From Promethearchaeati archaeon (GTDB lineage: Archaea > Asgardarchaeota > Heimdallarchaeia > JABLTI01): a DNA stretch of 23,134 nucleotides. The stretch spans positions 1 to 23,134 of the forward strand of contig JABLTI010000040.1 of NCBI GenBank assembly GCA_013166835.1. The letters run 5' to 3'. The notes beneath the pieces are model-generated. The model had not been told where the DNA came from. It saw only the letters and a program-made list of their open reading frames with translations, and did not search any database. Positions 6,821 through 16,765 of this stretch are shown here, piece after piece; positions within the stretch are counted from its first letter, which is position 1; every line of letters begins with the position of its first letter. Both the position numbers and the translations under genes were made by a program.

Positions 6821-7655
6821 ATTTATCCACAAACCAAGTTTCATTGTTTTCGAGATTTGTAACTTTCCATTTCATACCATCAGGAGTCTTCACAAGAACT
6901 TTCTGGATTTCCACCATTCTTCCATTAATAATTGTCGTAGTTGTTTGGGTAAATCCCTCAGATAATTCATCAAAAGGAGCTGGTTGTTGTGGGTGACTCC
7001 CTTTATAGGCTGTTTTTTTGGTTGATTTAACTTTAGGAAATCTATTTGTTTTGATTAAAAAGACAACTAAAACAGTTAATGGCAATACAGCTAGAAATGA
7101 ATAAGCCCAATTATTGCTAATACTATCTTCTGTTAATCGAATAAGCTCGATTTCTCCAGCATTCAAAACACTAATCAACTGACTTTCATTAAAAGCGTAG
7201 AATCTTTTGAGAATACCATTTTTCTTACTATAATCCGCTTCAACTATAGTTGAATTGTGTTGACTAAGACTCCAAAGATCATTAGTCTCTGTTATGTTGT
7301 AACCTAATGCTTCGTATTCTGCTGTTAAATCATCCCAGTTGCGATCTTGAACGAGAATATTTGAGAATACAGAAGTGGTCTCAGTCTGTCCATTTATCGT
7401 GATGGAAAACTTGATGTAAGGAGGATCAACTAGTGTGAATTTTACAATCATTTTTTCTCCTTCTGCGATTATAATATCACCGATGTGAAGATTATACGTG
7501 TAATCCCAAGGCGTTCTGAGTATACTAATATCGAATCTATATGCATCCCCTTCTTTAATATTATAATCCGCGTTTACGCTAGAAATAAAAATAGAACTAA
7601 TAACAAAGAAAATGATTATAGAAACAAACAGATTTATTTTCTTTGAAGTAGTCAT
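6819..7655 (-). CDS. Hypothetical single-pass membrane/surface protein (signal peptide, beta-rich ectodomain, TM, cytoplasmic tail)
   Basis: 278-aa ORF; KK plus hydrophobic stretch plus VNA cleavage-like site; several N-x-S/T sequons; TM WAYSFLAVLPLTVLVVFLI followed by basic residues. Confidence 0.75.
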   Translation of the reverse strand: MTTSKKINLFVSIIIFFVISSIFISSVNADYNIKEGDAYRFDISILRTPWDYTYNLHIGDIIIAEGEKMIVKFTLVDPPYIKFSITINGQTETTSVFSNILVQDRNWDDLTAEYEALGYNITETNDLWSLSQHNSTIVEADYSKKNGILKRFYAFNESQLISVLNAGEIELIRLTEDSISNNWAYSFLAVLPLTVLVVFLIKTNRFPKVKSTKKTAYKGSHPQQPAPFDELSEGFTQTTTTIINGRMVEIQKVLVKTPDGMKWKVTNLENNETWFVDK

Positions 7656-7809
7656 ACTTTTTCTTCCACCATCTAGATAGCATTGAATTTAATTAATGTA
7701 TAATCTGAACATTGATTTGTTTTAATTATTGCTATAAAGTTTATAAAAATCGAAAAAAGAAGTAAAATGGTTACTTACATCCTGCAAGCAACCTATTTTT
7801 GATGATTTA

Positions 7810-10065
7810 TTATGATTCAGGTAAAACTACTCTTTTTGTTTTTGGAGTAATTATTGCATTGATTATATCTGCATTAATTAATTCAACAAAAGCACTAGAA
7901 TTACTTGTTATACCAATAACTTGATCTGATTCATCTATAGTGCCAATTAATCCTTCTTCTGCATCTCTACCAATGGCATAATATGGTTTATTTGTTGAGC
8001 TGATTGCTAATGACTTCAATTGTATGTTTTCTTGTCCCATTAGTTGTTTTATAACGTCAGCATTCTTGAATGGATCAAAATCAGAAATGACAATTATTCG
8101 TGTTCTAGGATTACTATTTAGTAACTCATTAACATGAACATCGCTAACTGCAGGATAAACAACTGTTACTGTGGATTTAACTCTTGAGAGTATTTCTTTC
8201 ATTTGATTTAGTACAGGTTCTCTACCCAAAATAGTGGCAGTATTCATTGAAGGTCGTGGTATATCCTTGATCTTAGTTAGTAATTCTCTATAGGTTAATT
8301 CCATATTTGCGAGTAATCGTTCTATGTTCTTATTGCTTTCTTTGAACTTGTCACCAAATCCTTTTAATTGATTCTTGACGTTTGCAGTTTCAGCAATAAT
8401 GGTATCTTCAATACCTGATTGAGAATCATTAATTGTCTTGTTAACAAGAGTAGCTTGTTCCTGCACATATTTTATGGCAGTTTGTTTTCCTCTATTCAAG
8501 AGAGTCTTCGCAGGCATTTCAATTCGAGCAATAGCTGCTTTAGCTCTGTCTTCTGTATCTTTGATGAAGTTCTTACCATCGATCTCACTAGTATTGTTGA
8601 TAGCTCGAATATCATCTATTATCTTAGAACTAATTTCTGTAAATGCTGTTTCCTTATCCTTGAATTCTTGAGAAATTGAAGCAACAGTTGTATCTCTTGC
8701 TTCCTGATATTTAGAATTAATATCATTTTTTGCTCGAGTAACAGTACCAGCCATGGTATTCTTAGTTGTTTCAAAATCAACGTTGATTTTATTGAAACTA
8801 TTAGCTAATTCCAAGTCTAGTTTGTCATTGATTTCTGTCATTTTTCGTTGGGTTGTTTCAACAGAAGTTCTTAGTTCATTGCCTAAACGAACCTCTTTCG
8901 CTTTTATGTCATCTCTTGTCTCTGTGGCATTTTTATCTAGATTATCTTTTAGTATTTTAAAGAGATTATCTAGTTTGTCGTAATTAGTTTTCGATTTTGC
9001 AGCAATTAATCCTTCGAGTTGAGCATTTGCATCAATAAACATTTGAGTGGTATTTCGAGTGAATGTTTCTATCATTTGATCATATTCTCTTTTTATTCCA
9101 GAGAGTTTCTCACGGACAACTTTCCCGAAATCATCATTCATATCTTGTATAGAATCAGAAATATTCCGAATTCTTTCTTCAAGAATTTGATTAGTTGATT
9201 TATCATGAGTTCCGATTCTAGTGTTTACTGATTCGATAATACTAGCGTAATTTTCAGTTACAGTTTCACTAGATAAAGCCATAGTATCTTTAGCAGCAGC
9301 ATCAAATTCACCCATAGCTCGATCAATTTTACCTTGAATTTCTTTTGATGTTTTATCATATTCGTTGAAGTTATTATCAAGGGAAGCTATTAAGCTGTTC
9401 TCCATAACTGAGGATGCTTCTGTTACTTTTCCTGATGAATACTCAAAAGCTTTTGTTATATTGCCTTCAGATTCAGCTAATGTATTGACAATTTCACTAA
9501 CAGAAGAACTAATGATGTTTCCTGCTTTTTCGGTAGTTTCTTGATAATGCTTACTCATATCAGTTGTAGTAGTAAGTGAAAGAGAGGAAATAGCTGTTTT
9601 CTCATCATTCAAAATTTGACTTATTTCTTCAATTAGTTTATCTAATTCAGTTGAAATTTCTATGGAAGAAGATTCTGTAGCAACACGAATTTCTTCTTTA
9701 GCTGAACTTGAGATATCATGAATCGTTTCTTTTTGTTTCTTAACGACTTCATCTAGAGCATCAAATCTCTCTTGAGCATAACTATTAATTTCACTACCCA
9801 AAGCTTGAATGGTTTCTATAGAATTCTTGGCTTTATCAGATAATGAAACCAATGGATATACTGCATTATATTTTTCCACAATAGAGGGATTAGTGTAAAT
9901 GAGAGTTTTCCCGATTAGAGATCGTATGGCTCGTTCCACTTCATCAGATGTTCCTCCTGTTTGTTCAGCGATTTCATGGACAGAAAGCTGACCTGCAGAA
10001 AGAAGCAAAAGATAGACCTTTTCCTCAATCGGAGAAAGCTGTAATTCATTAAGTATTTCAGACAA
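7810..10065 (-). CDS. TrmB-like winged-HTH protein with a long amphipathic helical insert and a C-terminal TrmB/PLD-like alpha/beta domain
   Basis: LSPIEEKVYLLLLSAGQLSVHEIAEQTG..VERAIRSLIGKTLI (TrmB HTH); long helical middle; C-terminal ILGREPVLNQMKEILSRVKSTVTVVYP..RDAEEGLIG; TTG start with AAGGAGA RBS at 10080-10074. Confidence 0.8.
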   Translation of the reverse strand: MSEILNELQLSPIEEKVYLLLLSAGQLSVHEIAEQTGGTSDEVERAIRSLIGKTLIYTNPSIVEKYNAVYPLVSLSDKAKNSIETIQALGSEINSYAQERFDALDEVVKKQKETIHDISSSAKEEIRVATESSSIEISTELDKLIEEISQILNDEKTAISSLSLTTTTDMSKHYQETTEKAGNIISSSVSEIVNTLAESEGNITKAFEYSSGKVTEASSVMENSLIASLDNNFNEYDKTSKEIQGKIDRAMGEFDAAAKDTMALSSETVTENYASIIESVNTRIGTHDKSTNQILEERIRNISDSIQDMNDDFGKVVREKLSGIKREYDQMIETFTRNTTQMFIDANAQLEGLIAAKSKTNYDKLDNLFKILKDNLDKNATETRDDIKAKEVRLGNELRTSVETTQRKMTEINDKLDLELANSFNKINVDFETTKNTMAGTVTRAKNDINSKYQEARDTTVASISQEFKDKETAFTEISSKIIDDIRAINNTSEIDGKNFIKDTEDRAKAAIARIEMPAKTLLNRGKQTAIKYVQEQATLVNKTINDSQSGIEDTIIAETANVKNQLKGFGDKFKESNKNIERLLANMELTYRELLTKIKDIPRPSMNTATILGREPVLNQMKEILSRVKSTVTVVYPAVSDVHVNELLNSNPRTRIIVISDFDPFKNADVIKQLMGQENIQLKSLAISSTNKPYYAIGRDAEEGLIGTIDESDQVIGITSNSSAFVELINADIINAIITPKTKRVVLPES
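8998..9723 (-). repeat. About 22 consecutive 11-residue (hendecad) protein repeats
   Basis: Residues 115-356 parse without gaps: IHDISSSAKEE/IRVATESSSIE/ISTELDKLIEE/ISQILNDEKTA/ISSLSLTTTTD/.../ISDSIQDMNDD/FGKVVREKLSG/IKREYDQMIET, with hydrophobic residues at position 1 and often at 4/5 and 8. Confidence 0.75.
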
Positions 10066-10260
10066 ATTCTTAATCTCCTTTCAAATTAAACGAATTAGTA
10101 TTTTTTCCTTAGAATAAATTTAAGACTTAAGCTTTTTTAGTGTTGTTTTATTGGACATTTTAGACATAAACAGTTTTTTCAGTAATTTCGAGTGTCCAAC
10201 TTCCTTACAAAGAAGATTTATCTTTAAGGAAAACTACAACTATTTGTTAGAAATCAAAAA

Positions 10261-12099
10261 GTGGGATATATTTTGACAATTTACGGAAATACTGGAAAAA
10301 TACTAGAAGTAGATTTGACAACAGAAAAAACATCTGTCATGAAACCCTATCCTGAAATCTATCAGAGTTTTGTTGGTGGAAGTGGGCTAGCAGCAAGATT
10401 ATTTTATGATCACTTAACAAAAGAACTAGACCCATTATCTCCAGAAAATCCCTTAGGATTTTTTACTGGTCCACTCTCAGGAACCAAAACACCCAATTGT
10501 GGTCGGCATGTGGTTTGCGCTAAATCTCCACTTACAAATATCTGGGGAGAAGCTAATTCTGGAGGAAAATTCGGAGCATATATGAAATTTGTTGGCTATG
10601 ATGGAATTATATTCAAAGGAAAAGCCAAAGAACCAACTTCTCTTATGATTTTTGATAATAATATTGTATTAGCAGATGCTTCATACCTTTGGGGTAAAAA
10701 TGTTTACGATGTGGAGAAAGCAATAAAGCAACGATTTGAGAAAACCTCAAGTTTTGCTACAATAGGTACTGCCGGAGAAAAATTAGTTAAAATAGCTTCA
10801 GTTATGAATGATGGTGATAGAGCAGCAGGAAGAACAGGAATGGGCGCTGTGATGGGTTCAAAGAATTTGAAAGCTATCATATTATATTCTTCAAAAAGAG
10901 ATGTTCCTGTGGCAAAACCAGAGCAATTGAAGGAATTAGGAGGACAAATGAGGAAGAACATCCATGAAAACTCGGTAGCAAGGAGAATGTTTGGGACAGC
11001 AGCTTATGTTACAGGTGGAATGAAATGGGGAGATGTTGCTGTCAAGTATTGGCATAAAGGACACATGGATGATACTGAAGCATTTGATGGAGCTCGAATG
11101 AAAGAAACAATCTTGACGAAAAGATATCATTGCTACAGCTGTGTCATTGGCTGTGGGAGAATGATAGAAATTAAATATGGAAAATATGCTTTACCACAGA
11201 CAGCAGGGCCGGAATATGAGACTCTTGCTGCTTTTGGTACTAATCTTTTGATTAAGGATCTTAAAGGAATTTCAATGGCTAACTACATGTGTAATAATTA
11301 TGGTGTGGATACTATTTCTGCTGGAATGATCATTGGATTAGTTTATCGGTTAGCTGAAAAAGGAATTATTACCAAGAAAGATTTAGGAGATATCGAAGCA
11401 AAATGGGGAGATATAGATGCTGCCCTTGAGCTATTAACTAAAATGGCAAAAAGAGAAGGCATAGGCGATTTAATGGCAGAAGGTGCTGATTTCTTAGCTG
11501 AACATTATAACATGCCTGATGAAGCTCATACTGTTAATGGTTTAGAATTACCTTTCCATGATCCCCGAGCTTTCTTTTCAATGGCTGCAGTCTATGCAAC
11601 ATCCTCTCGAGGTGCCTGTCATAATAATGGCGATGGATATAAGATGGGTCTGGGAGTCTCTATTCCCGAGATTGATTTGAAAGGCGAAGACAGGTTTGAT
11701 GATATTGAAGCTGGTCAACTTGCAGTTAAAGTTCAAGATTTCCGGGCTGTTTACAATGCTCTTATTATGTGTCATTTTGCTTTGCCACCATTCAAGGATA
11801 CAGTTCATGCACTTGAACTCGCAACAGGTTGGGATTATTCAATTGAAGACATCATGAAAGTTGGAGAACGAATAACTAATACTAAGCGATTACTAAATAT
11901 GAAAATGGGTCTTACAAGAGAGAATGATCGACTACCTAAAATCATGTCAATTAAACTTTCAGAGGGAGGAGCTAAAGATAAACTCCCAAATCTGGAATTG
12001 CAATTAAGAGAATATTACAAATTAAGGAAATGGGATAAAAAAACAGCTATTCCATCACAGGAACTACTTGAAGAGTTAGGTATTTCAGACCTAACTTAG
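10261..12099 (+). CDS. aor: Tungsten-containing aldehyde:ferredoxin oxidoreductase family protein
   Basis: KSPLT, ANSGG, GRTGMGAVMGSKNLKAI, 4Fe-4S motif CYSCVIGC, GPEYET, DTIS, SRGACH, YYKLRKWD; the start may be TTG 10273. Confidence 0.93.
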   Translation: MGYILTIYGNTGKILEVDLTTEKTSVMKPYPEIYQSFVGGSGLAARLFYDHLTKELDPLSPENPLGFFTGPLSGTKTPNCGRHVVCAKSPLTNIWGEANSGGKFGAYMKFVGYDGIIFKGKAKEPTSLMIFDNNIVLADASYLWGKNVYDVEKAIKQRFEKTSSFATIGTAGEKLVKIASVMNDGDRAAGRTGMGAVMGSKNLKAIILYSSKRDVPVAKPEQLKELGGQMRKNIHENSVARRMFGTAAYVTGGMKWGDVAVKYWHKGHMDDTEAFDGARMKETILTKRYHCYSCVIGCGRMIEIKYGKYALPQTAGPEYETLAAFGTNLLIKDLKGISMANYMCNNYGVDTISAGMIIGLVYRLAEKGIITKKDLGDIEAKWGDIDAALELLTKMAKREGIGDLMAEGADFLAEHYNMPDEAHTVNGLELPFHDPRAFFSMAAVYATSSRGACHNNGDGYKMGLGVSIPEIDLKGEDRFDDIEAGQLAVKVQDFRAVYNALIMCHFALPPFKDTVHALELATGWDYSIEDIMKVGERITNTKRLLNMKMGLTRENDRLPKIMSIKLSEGGAKDKLPNLELQLREYYKLRKWDKKTAIPSQELLEELGISDLT

Positions 12100-12408
12100 A
12101 CTTCTTTTTCTCTACTTTATAATATATATGCAAGTGTTTAACAGTAAAAATTCGGAATAATAAACTAGGTTTAAGAACTTAATAGACCAACTAAATAATA
12201 ATTATACCACCTATTTCTATTGCACTGGAGATAGTGCTAAAAAAATGGCATCTTTAATATTCGATCTTATCTATTGAAACAGATGATATAGATAATTTGA
12301 TAGCTGGAATCCCAGACTGGGTAAATCCAATCTGTGCTCTTGCCATTATTTCGATATGGAGAAATTTTCACCTATAACTAAGAGTCTATACAAAAGGTTG
12401 GATTTAAT

Positions 12409-14019
12409 ATGAAAGAAATAGAAAATTACGATGTTATAATAATAGGTGCAGGGATGGGTGGATTGCATACAGGTATATACTTGCAAAATAAAAATCCCGC
12501 ATTAAGAACTTTAATTGTTGAAAGAAATACTTATCCTGGTGGATATGTCTCAGGATTTACAAATAATGGGTTCTACTTTGATTCTGCTGCGGAAGCTATT
12601 CTAGATATTCAGAATAATAACGCAAACAAAGCCCTGCGAGAATTTGGTTTTAAGCATGCTTTTCATAAATTAGACCCAAATCAAGTTTACTATATAAATA
12701 ATAAGCAATTCAATATGTACTCTGATCTAGAGAAATTTCTTGCAGAAATAAAAATTCATCACCCAGATCAAGCAGAAGGTGTAAGATCTTTATTTGAAAC
12801 ATGTCAGCAGATAACAAAAGATGTTGAAGATTGTGGATTAAAAGATGAAAAAATTACTTTTGGGAAAATCCTGAAAGTTATTTTCAAGTATCCAACATTA
12901 CGGAAATATGCAAGAAAAAGCTTTAGAGAATTACTGGATGATTTTATAACAGATGAACGATTGTTCGAATATTTCAGCTTGTTTTGTTTATGGTTTGGTT
13001 TAAAATACGAGGAACTTGATGCGACAGTAGCTGCTCATATTCTGAATTCTGCGTTTACTAAAGGAATGCATTATCCTGAAGGTGGAATGGGTTCTTTTGC
13101 TTTGAATTTAGTGAAACATTACGAAGCAAGAGGAGGAACAATGCAATACGGTTCTACAGTTAGAAAAATCATCGTGAAAAAGAAAGTAGTAAAAGGTGTT
13201 GAGTTAGAGGATGGAACTATTATCTCTTCAAAATATGTAGTTTCTAATGGCGATTTACGTAAAACAGTTTTTGACTATGTGGGCAAAAAACACTTCAGTA
13301 AAAGATATTTGACCCGTATTCAGAGACTTAGACAATCCATCTCTGGTTATATGATGTTTGTTGGTTTGGAAAATCTTGATCTCTCAGAGTACCCACCTCA
13401 TTTCATAATTGGTAAAGGCACAGAAATTGTTCCCAAAGTACGAGATGAAAACATAAATCTAGATAGTATAGGGGTTAGAATTTCATCTAATATTGATCCA
13501 ACTCAGAGAAAAGGTTCAAAAGAGTCCTTAATTGTTTTAGGTTTTGCAAACAATAAATGGAATAATTTTTGGAAAACTGGTAAAACAATGAAAAGATCAA
13601 TTGATTATAGAAATCTAAAGAAAGAGGTTATGCAGAAGTTAATTTCTACAGTCGAGAAAATAATTCCTAATTTATCTAAACATATAGTGCTTAAGAGACT
13701 AGCAACTCCTTTAACATTTGAGAATTTTAATCAATCAACTGACGGTTCTTGGTATGGTCCTGAATACCATCAAAAATTACCCGGTTTTAAATCTCCCATC
13801 AAGAATCTTTTTTTTACAGGTTCAAATGTAAAAGGAGGAGGAGTCACTCCCGCAATGGATTCTGGATTAGAAACTGGGAAGTTTCTTTTAAAGAAAATAG
13901 AAAGAGATTACTTGAAGAAATCATTCTATCCAGTTTCTTCTAAAGAGACCATTGTAGCGAACAAAGAATTGTTGAATATATTGTTGCAAGAATCTTTCGA
14001 CGGTAAAAAGAGGAAATAA
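12409..14019 (+). CDS. FAD-dependent oxidoreductase, phytoene desaturase/retinol saturase family (COG1233-like)
   Basis: DVIIIGAGMGGL, ERNTYPGG, GFYFD, YPEGGMG, ATPLTFE..GSWYG, PIKNLFFTG..GGGV. Confidence 0.88.
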   Translation: MKEIENYDVIIIGAGMGGLHTGIYLQNKNPALRTLIVERNTYPGGYVSGFTNNGFYFDSAAEAILDIQNNNANKALREFGFKHAFHKLDPNQVYYINNKQFNMYSDLEKFLAEIKIHHPDQAEGVRSLFETCQQITKDVEDCGLKDEKITFGKILKVIFKYPTLRKYARKSFRELLDDFITDERLFEYFSLFCLWFGLKYEELDATVAAHILNSAFTKGMHYPEGGMGSFALNLVKHYEARGGTMQYGSTVRKIIVKKKVVKGVELEDGTIISSKYVVSNGDLRKTVFDYVGKKHFSKRYLTRIQRLRQSISGYMMFVGLENLDLSEYPPHFIIGKGTEIVPKVRDENINLDSIGVRISSNIDPTQRKGSKESLIVLGFANNKWNNFWKTGKTMKRSIDYRNLKKEVMQKLISTVEKIIPNLSKHIVLKRLATPLTFENFNQSTDGSWYGPEYHQKLPGFKSPIKNLFFTGSNVKGGGVTPAMDSGLETGKFLLKKIERDYLKKSFYPVSSKETIVANKELLNILLQESFDGKKRK

Positions 14020-14028
14020 AAAATTAAG

Positions 14029-14060
14029 AGCTACTTACAGTAGCTTCTTTTTCTTATTTT
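14029..14060 (+). terminator. Hairpin plus T-tract between convergent genes
   Basis: AGCTACT-tac-AGTAGCT (7-bp stem) followed by tctttttcttattttt; an A-run on the left suggests possible bidirectional use. Confidence 0.5.
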
Positions 14061-14072
14061 TATATATTAAAA

Positions 14073-14642
14073 TCACTCTTTTTTTGAATGACCATATCCG
14101 CCAACTTTTTCCTTTAAACTATAATAGTTACCTGTACCGTAAGCAAGAACATCTGCTAGAAGCATATCTGGACTACCTTTTTCATTTATCATTGATTCAT
14201 CGTAGTAGACTTTCAAAACTTCACCGAAAAATGCATCATGAGTTCCAATTTTCACTTGTTTAACTAATTTACATTCAATATTTATTGGGCACTCTGTGAT
14301 TAATGGGACATTGATTTCTTTTCCTTTGAAAACAGTTAATCCTGTTTCTTTGAATTTATTTACATCACGACCTGAAACAATTCCAAAATAGTCTGTTTCT
14401 TCTGCAATTTTCACATTTGGTATATTTACTCCGAAACAACCGCTTTTTTCAATTAATTCATAGGTATATCTTGAATCTCTTATACCAACAACTAAAGTAA
14501 CTGGATCAGCACAGATATTTGATATCCAAGCGGCAGTCATAGCATTTGGTTTTCCTTTTTCATTGTAAGCAGACACTAGTGCTGCTGGAGCTGGATAAGC
14601 AGCTGCTCGAGGTTCTTTTTCAATTTTCTTCATAACAATCAC
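14073..14642 (-). CDS. Flavin reductase family protein (flavoredoxin/DIM6-NTAB-like, FMN-binding split barrel)
   Basis: YPAPAALV, PNAMTAAW, RYTYELI, FGVNIP, GIVSGRDVNKF, PLITECPINIEC, GTHDAFFGEV; the true start may be ATG 14633. Confidence 0.9.
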   Translation of the reverse strand: MIVMKKIEKEPRAAAYPAPAALVSAYNEKGKPNAMTAAWISNICADPVTLVVGIRDSRYTYELIEKSGCFGVNIPNVKIAEETDYFGIVSGRDVNKFKETGLTVFKGKEINVPLITECPINIECKLVKQVKIGTHDAFFGEVLKVYYDESMINEKGSPDMLLADVLAYGTGNYYSLKEKVGGYGHSKKE

Positions 14643-14723
14643 TTATTTTTATAAAGTTAATTTGTTCAGTTTTTAAAAGAATTTGGTTAAAAAATATTTA
14701 ATAATTTAAACACCATATACTAT

Positions 14724-16124
14724 TTGGGAATGAGGTTGAGACTCAAAATTAATTTGGAAAAGAAAATAAGTCTATTCTTGATAATAATCCTTTGTCAACA
14801 ATTATTCATTTTAAATCTAGTCGATAATAAAGCTGCTTTTCAACCTATTAGTAATGAATTTTCGATGAATAATCCTGTAGCACCATATTATTCCTACAGT
14901 AATATTCACTTGAATGATTCACTTGTATATTTACTCGATGGTTTATCAATAGAAGTAATGGATGTCTCTGAATTAAATGATATAAGAAAAATAAAGACTA
15001 TAGAATATGACTATTATTCATATAGAGGATTCAGTAGCGATTATACAATATATGATTGGGAAAATAATGAATTTGTATTTTACGATTATAATCCTTTTAG
15101 AGAGACTTTCAACATAACTACTTTACAATATAATGAGACTCATTACACAGGAGCAAAATATTATTCTTATAACATTTCACAAAATAAAACTGGTTTATTT
15201 AATCAGAAATTATTTAGGGAAAACAATTTGCTATATATATTTCTGATTTATGAAGAGCATTCTTATTTTATTGAAGACATTAGTTTAGAAATTAAACTTT
15301 TAACTTTTGATATTACCAACAGAACCAATCCGATAATGCTCAATTCTCCAATTTCATTTTATAATAGTACTGGTTTAGAAGAATGGGAAGAAACCGATCG
15401 TTTAATCAGTACTAGAAATAGATTTTCATTTTATGATAATCATCTCTATCTAGTTAGAGCTTATGAATCTCATGAAGATAATGGATACTTTAGTTCAAGT
15501 GAGCTAGAATTTTCTTTTGGTTTTATGAAAACATGGGATATTTCAAATCATTCAGAGCCCATAGAAGAATTTACCTTGGAGGTTGATCAATGGCAATTTA
15601 GTACAATAATTATTCATGAAAATCTTCTGTTTTATAAAATCTCTAATTATGGATTTATTATGTATGATTGTGCAGATATGCGGGATATTCAATATTTGTC
15701 AACTTACAAAAATGACTATACACCAAATCAGATTATTGTATCTGGAGATTTGCTTTATCTTATTTCCACTGGTAAAATACAAATACTAGATATCAAAAAT
15801 CCGGAGAAGATTAAAAAAATAGGAGAATATAACCCTCGCTTTCAAGGAGATGGTTCTTTTATTGAAGCAATTCTTGAAGAAAAAATCCTATATGTATCTC
15901 GAGCTTCTGAATATGAAGATAGGTGTTTCTTTATTATAGATTGTAACAACCCAACAAATCCAAAGAAACTTTTTCCATTAGGATCACAATTAAGTGAAGA
16001 CGCATTATGGAAATTGGAAGTGTATGTTCTAATGGGTATTCCGGTTATAATTGCATTAGCAGGTGTAACAATTATAATTAGGATACTAAGAAAAAAAAGA
16101 GAAGTAGGAAAGATTGGAGTTTAA
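14724..16124 (+). CDS. Membrane-anchored extracellular protein with LVIVD-like beta repeats
   Basis: N-terminal hydrophobic segment; repeats SIEVMDVSEL, LLTFDITNRTNP, WDISNHSEP, IQILDIKNPEKI, FIIDCNNPTNP; C-terminal TM plus RKKRE. Confidence 0.8.
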   Translation: MGMRLRLKINLEKKISLFLIIILCQQLFILNLVDNKAAFQPISNEFSMNNPVAPYYSYSNIHLNDSLVYLLDGLSIEVMDVSELNDIRKIKTIEYDYYSYRGFSSDYTIYDWENNEFVFYDYNPFRETFNITTLQYNETHYTGAKYYSYNISQNKTGLFNQKLFRENNLLYIFLIYEEHSYFIEDISLEIKLLTFDITNRTNPIMLNSPISFYNSTGLEEWEETDRLISTRNRFSFYDNHLYLVRAYESHEDNGYFSSSELEFSFGFMKTWDISNHSEPIEEFTLEVDQWQFSTIIIHENLLFYKISNYGFIMYDCADMRDIQYLSTYKNDYTPNQIIVSGDLLYLISTGKIQILDIKNPEKIKKIGEYNPRFQGDGSFIEAILEEKILYVSRASEYEDRCFFIIDCNNPTNPKKLFPLGSQLSEDALWKLEVYVLMGIPVIIALAGVTIIIRILRKKREVGKIGV

Positions 16125-16126
16125 TT

Positions 16127-16747
16127 TTAATCAATATTGAAGTATTTATTCTTGTAATATCTGGAATAAAGTACTGCAACAGGATTATGAGTTGTTACTC
16201 TGTCTTTGACAATCAGAACTGTTGTAGGAGCTTCTGAGTGTTTAATGAAATTAATGTCATGACCAATGCATAAGCCAACAACTATGTTAAGATCAGTCTT
16301 TTCGGAATTCAAGAAATAGGCTTGACCAATAGGATTACATCCAACCTCTTCCGCAGTTGAGAAAGTATCTTGATCAGGTATGTCCATCTCCTTCTTTTGC
16401 AAAGAACCAATAGTGCATATTCCAGTAACAACCTCGAAATCATTTTTCTCGAGTATTTGAGTTAAAACCTTTGCTTCTTCCTTAAGTCCAACACAAAAAG
16501 CCATTCCTAATTTCTTATACCCCATTTTTGTAGCAAATACAATTAATTCTTGAACTCTTGGCCATTCCATGTAACCAGTAACTTCAACATGTGCTGCAAC
16601 TTGTGATGTTTTAAGAATTTCAGGATCTTCTAGTTTCTTCCTGGCTTTCAGAAAAACCTCTTTCTTTTCAATAGTTGGACAACCTTCTGGAGCTTTCTCA
16701 TACTCCATACTACTACACACTAATTTATTACATTTAGAACATTGCAT
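16127..16747 (-). CDS. DUF1847 family Cys/His-rich putative metal-binding protein
   Basis: N-terminal CSKC..C..CP; RVQELIVFATKMGYKKLGMAFCVGL; CNPIGQA; GLCIGHD; VKDRVTTHNP. Confidence 0.85.
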   Translation of the reverse strand: MQCSKCNKLVCSSMEYEKAPEGCPTIEKKEVFLKARKKLEDPEILKTSQVAAHVEVTGYMEWPRVQELIVFATKMGYKKLGMAFCVGLKEEAKVLTQILEKNDFEVVTGICTIGSLQKKEMDIPDQDTFSTAEEVGCNPIGQAYFLNSEKTDLNIVVGLCIGHDINFIKHSEAPTTVLIVKDRVTTHNPVAVLYSRYYKNKYFNID

Positions 16748-16765
16748 TTTGAACTCTCAGTCCTC

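Noticed and set aside
8419-8983. Plus-strand ORFs 8419-8679, 8438-8671 and 8753-8983
   Set aside because: Antisense to the 751-aa gene; Ser/Leu/Phe-rich composition typical of the reverse complement of Glu/Lys-rich coding sequence
7810-10065. SMC, methyl-accepting chemotaxis or ESCRT-III assignment for the long helical protein
   Set aside because: No Walker A/B or signature motif, no MCP hairpin-tip motif; the terminal domains fit TrmB and the repeat is an 11-mer
10704-11808. Minus-strand ORFs within aor
   Set aside because: Short antisense frames with no recognisable features
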